Source: an uncultured Gammaproteobacteria bacterium (lineage in GTDB: Bacteria; Pseudomonadota; Gammaproteobacteria; Methylococcales; Methylococcaceae). Taken from it: DNA of 24,000 nucleotides. The translations under genes and the position numbers were made by a program. Positions 23,647-24,000 of the stretch are shown here, piece after piece. The notes below the pieces were generated by a model, which saw only the letters and a program-made list of their open reading frames with translations, had not been told where the DNA came from and made no database searches. The stretch's first letter is position 1, and each line of letters starts with the position of its first letter. Location of the stretch: NCBI GenBank assembly GCA_963753955.1, contig CAVWEM010000024.1:68810-92809 (forward strand). The letters run 5' to 3'.

Positions 23647-24000
23647 TCAGGCCGTCAGGCCAGTGATTTGGGCCAGCCCCTTCGCGCCAATAGGCGGTTC
23701 GGCCAGCCAAGGGATCAAGGCGCAACGAGGCGACAATTCCTCGGCCACTTTGCGGATGAACGGGATTTCATACTGGCCCCGTTCGTCCAACTGCGGATCG
23801 TGGGTGCCGCTCGCCAGCAGGCTTTGGTTGATGACCCAGGCGTAAGGCGCGATGCCCGCCCGTGCCAGATCCTGTTGCAGGCGTTCGGCCTCATGGACGG
23901 GCGTGGCCTCGGCCAGCGTGGCGATGATGACCTTCGTGAAGGCCGGGTCGCGCAGGCGCGGCAACAACTGGCGCACGGCTTCCGGCATGTCGCCTTGCAC
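23647..24000 (-). CDS. arsA: Arsenite-transporting ATPase ArsA, C-terminal end (partial, runs off the window)
   Basis: The 117-aa partial ORF has 'VIIATLAEATPVHEAERLQQDLARAGIAPYAWVINQSL', matching the C-terminal half-domain of ArsA. Confidence 0.75.
   Translation of the reverse strand: MQGDMPEAVRQLLPRLRDPAFTKVIIATLAEATPVHEAERLQQDLARAGIAPYAWVINQSLLASGTHDPQLDERGQYEIPFIRKVAEELSPRCALIPWLAEPPIGAKGLAQITGLTA

Noticed and set aside
1-24000. CRISPR arrays, tRNA/tmRNA genes and rRNA
   Set aside because: I saw no regularly spaced direct repeats and no T-arm (GGTTCGAATCC-like) or acceptor-stem patterns on either strand. Without a tRNA/CM scan this is not definitive.

Overview
Mosaic 24-kb window; all calls come from reading the sequence and ORF translations by eye, with no searches run. 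(1) Positions 1-5.3 kb are visibly AT-rich. They carry five co-directional + strand genes: a 2H-phosphoesterase-like protein, a DHQS-like sugar-phosphate cyclase, a ROK kinase, a GH4-type NAD enzyme and a PhyH-type Fe/2OG dioxygenase. Together they look like a compact, cryptic cyclitol-type pathway that I cannot match to a characterised cluster. (2) Positions 5.4-24 kb are visibly GC-rich, mobile-element-like DNA, mostly on the - strand. In order: an SNF2/DEAH helicase with a Zn-ribbon insert, then small hypothetical genes separated by a thrice-repeated hairpin+RBS module. Two near-identical 1164-bp IS630-family copies lie in inverted orientation; each is a simple TA-flanked insertion splitting a gene (a hypothetical gene and a tyrosine recombinase). 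An AT-richer inserted module encodes a translationally coupled operon: trypsin-like protease (frame-shifted), small protein, membrane-anchored protein. This operon is my best candidate for an undescribed system. It is followed by vapBC, an apparently 3'-truncated HerA/FtsK-like ATPase, and ~0.9 kb of hairpin-rich non-coding DNA. Next come a higBA-like pair whose toxin has an in-frame TAG, a mer remnant (merR frameshifted, merT, merP, GDCCVxC protein, no merA), and an ars cluster (arsA partial, TauE-like permease, arsC, acr3 with an odd Cys-rich tail). I recognised no rRNA, tRNA or CRISPR array. The many single-nucleotide lesions could reflect real decay or assembly error.
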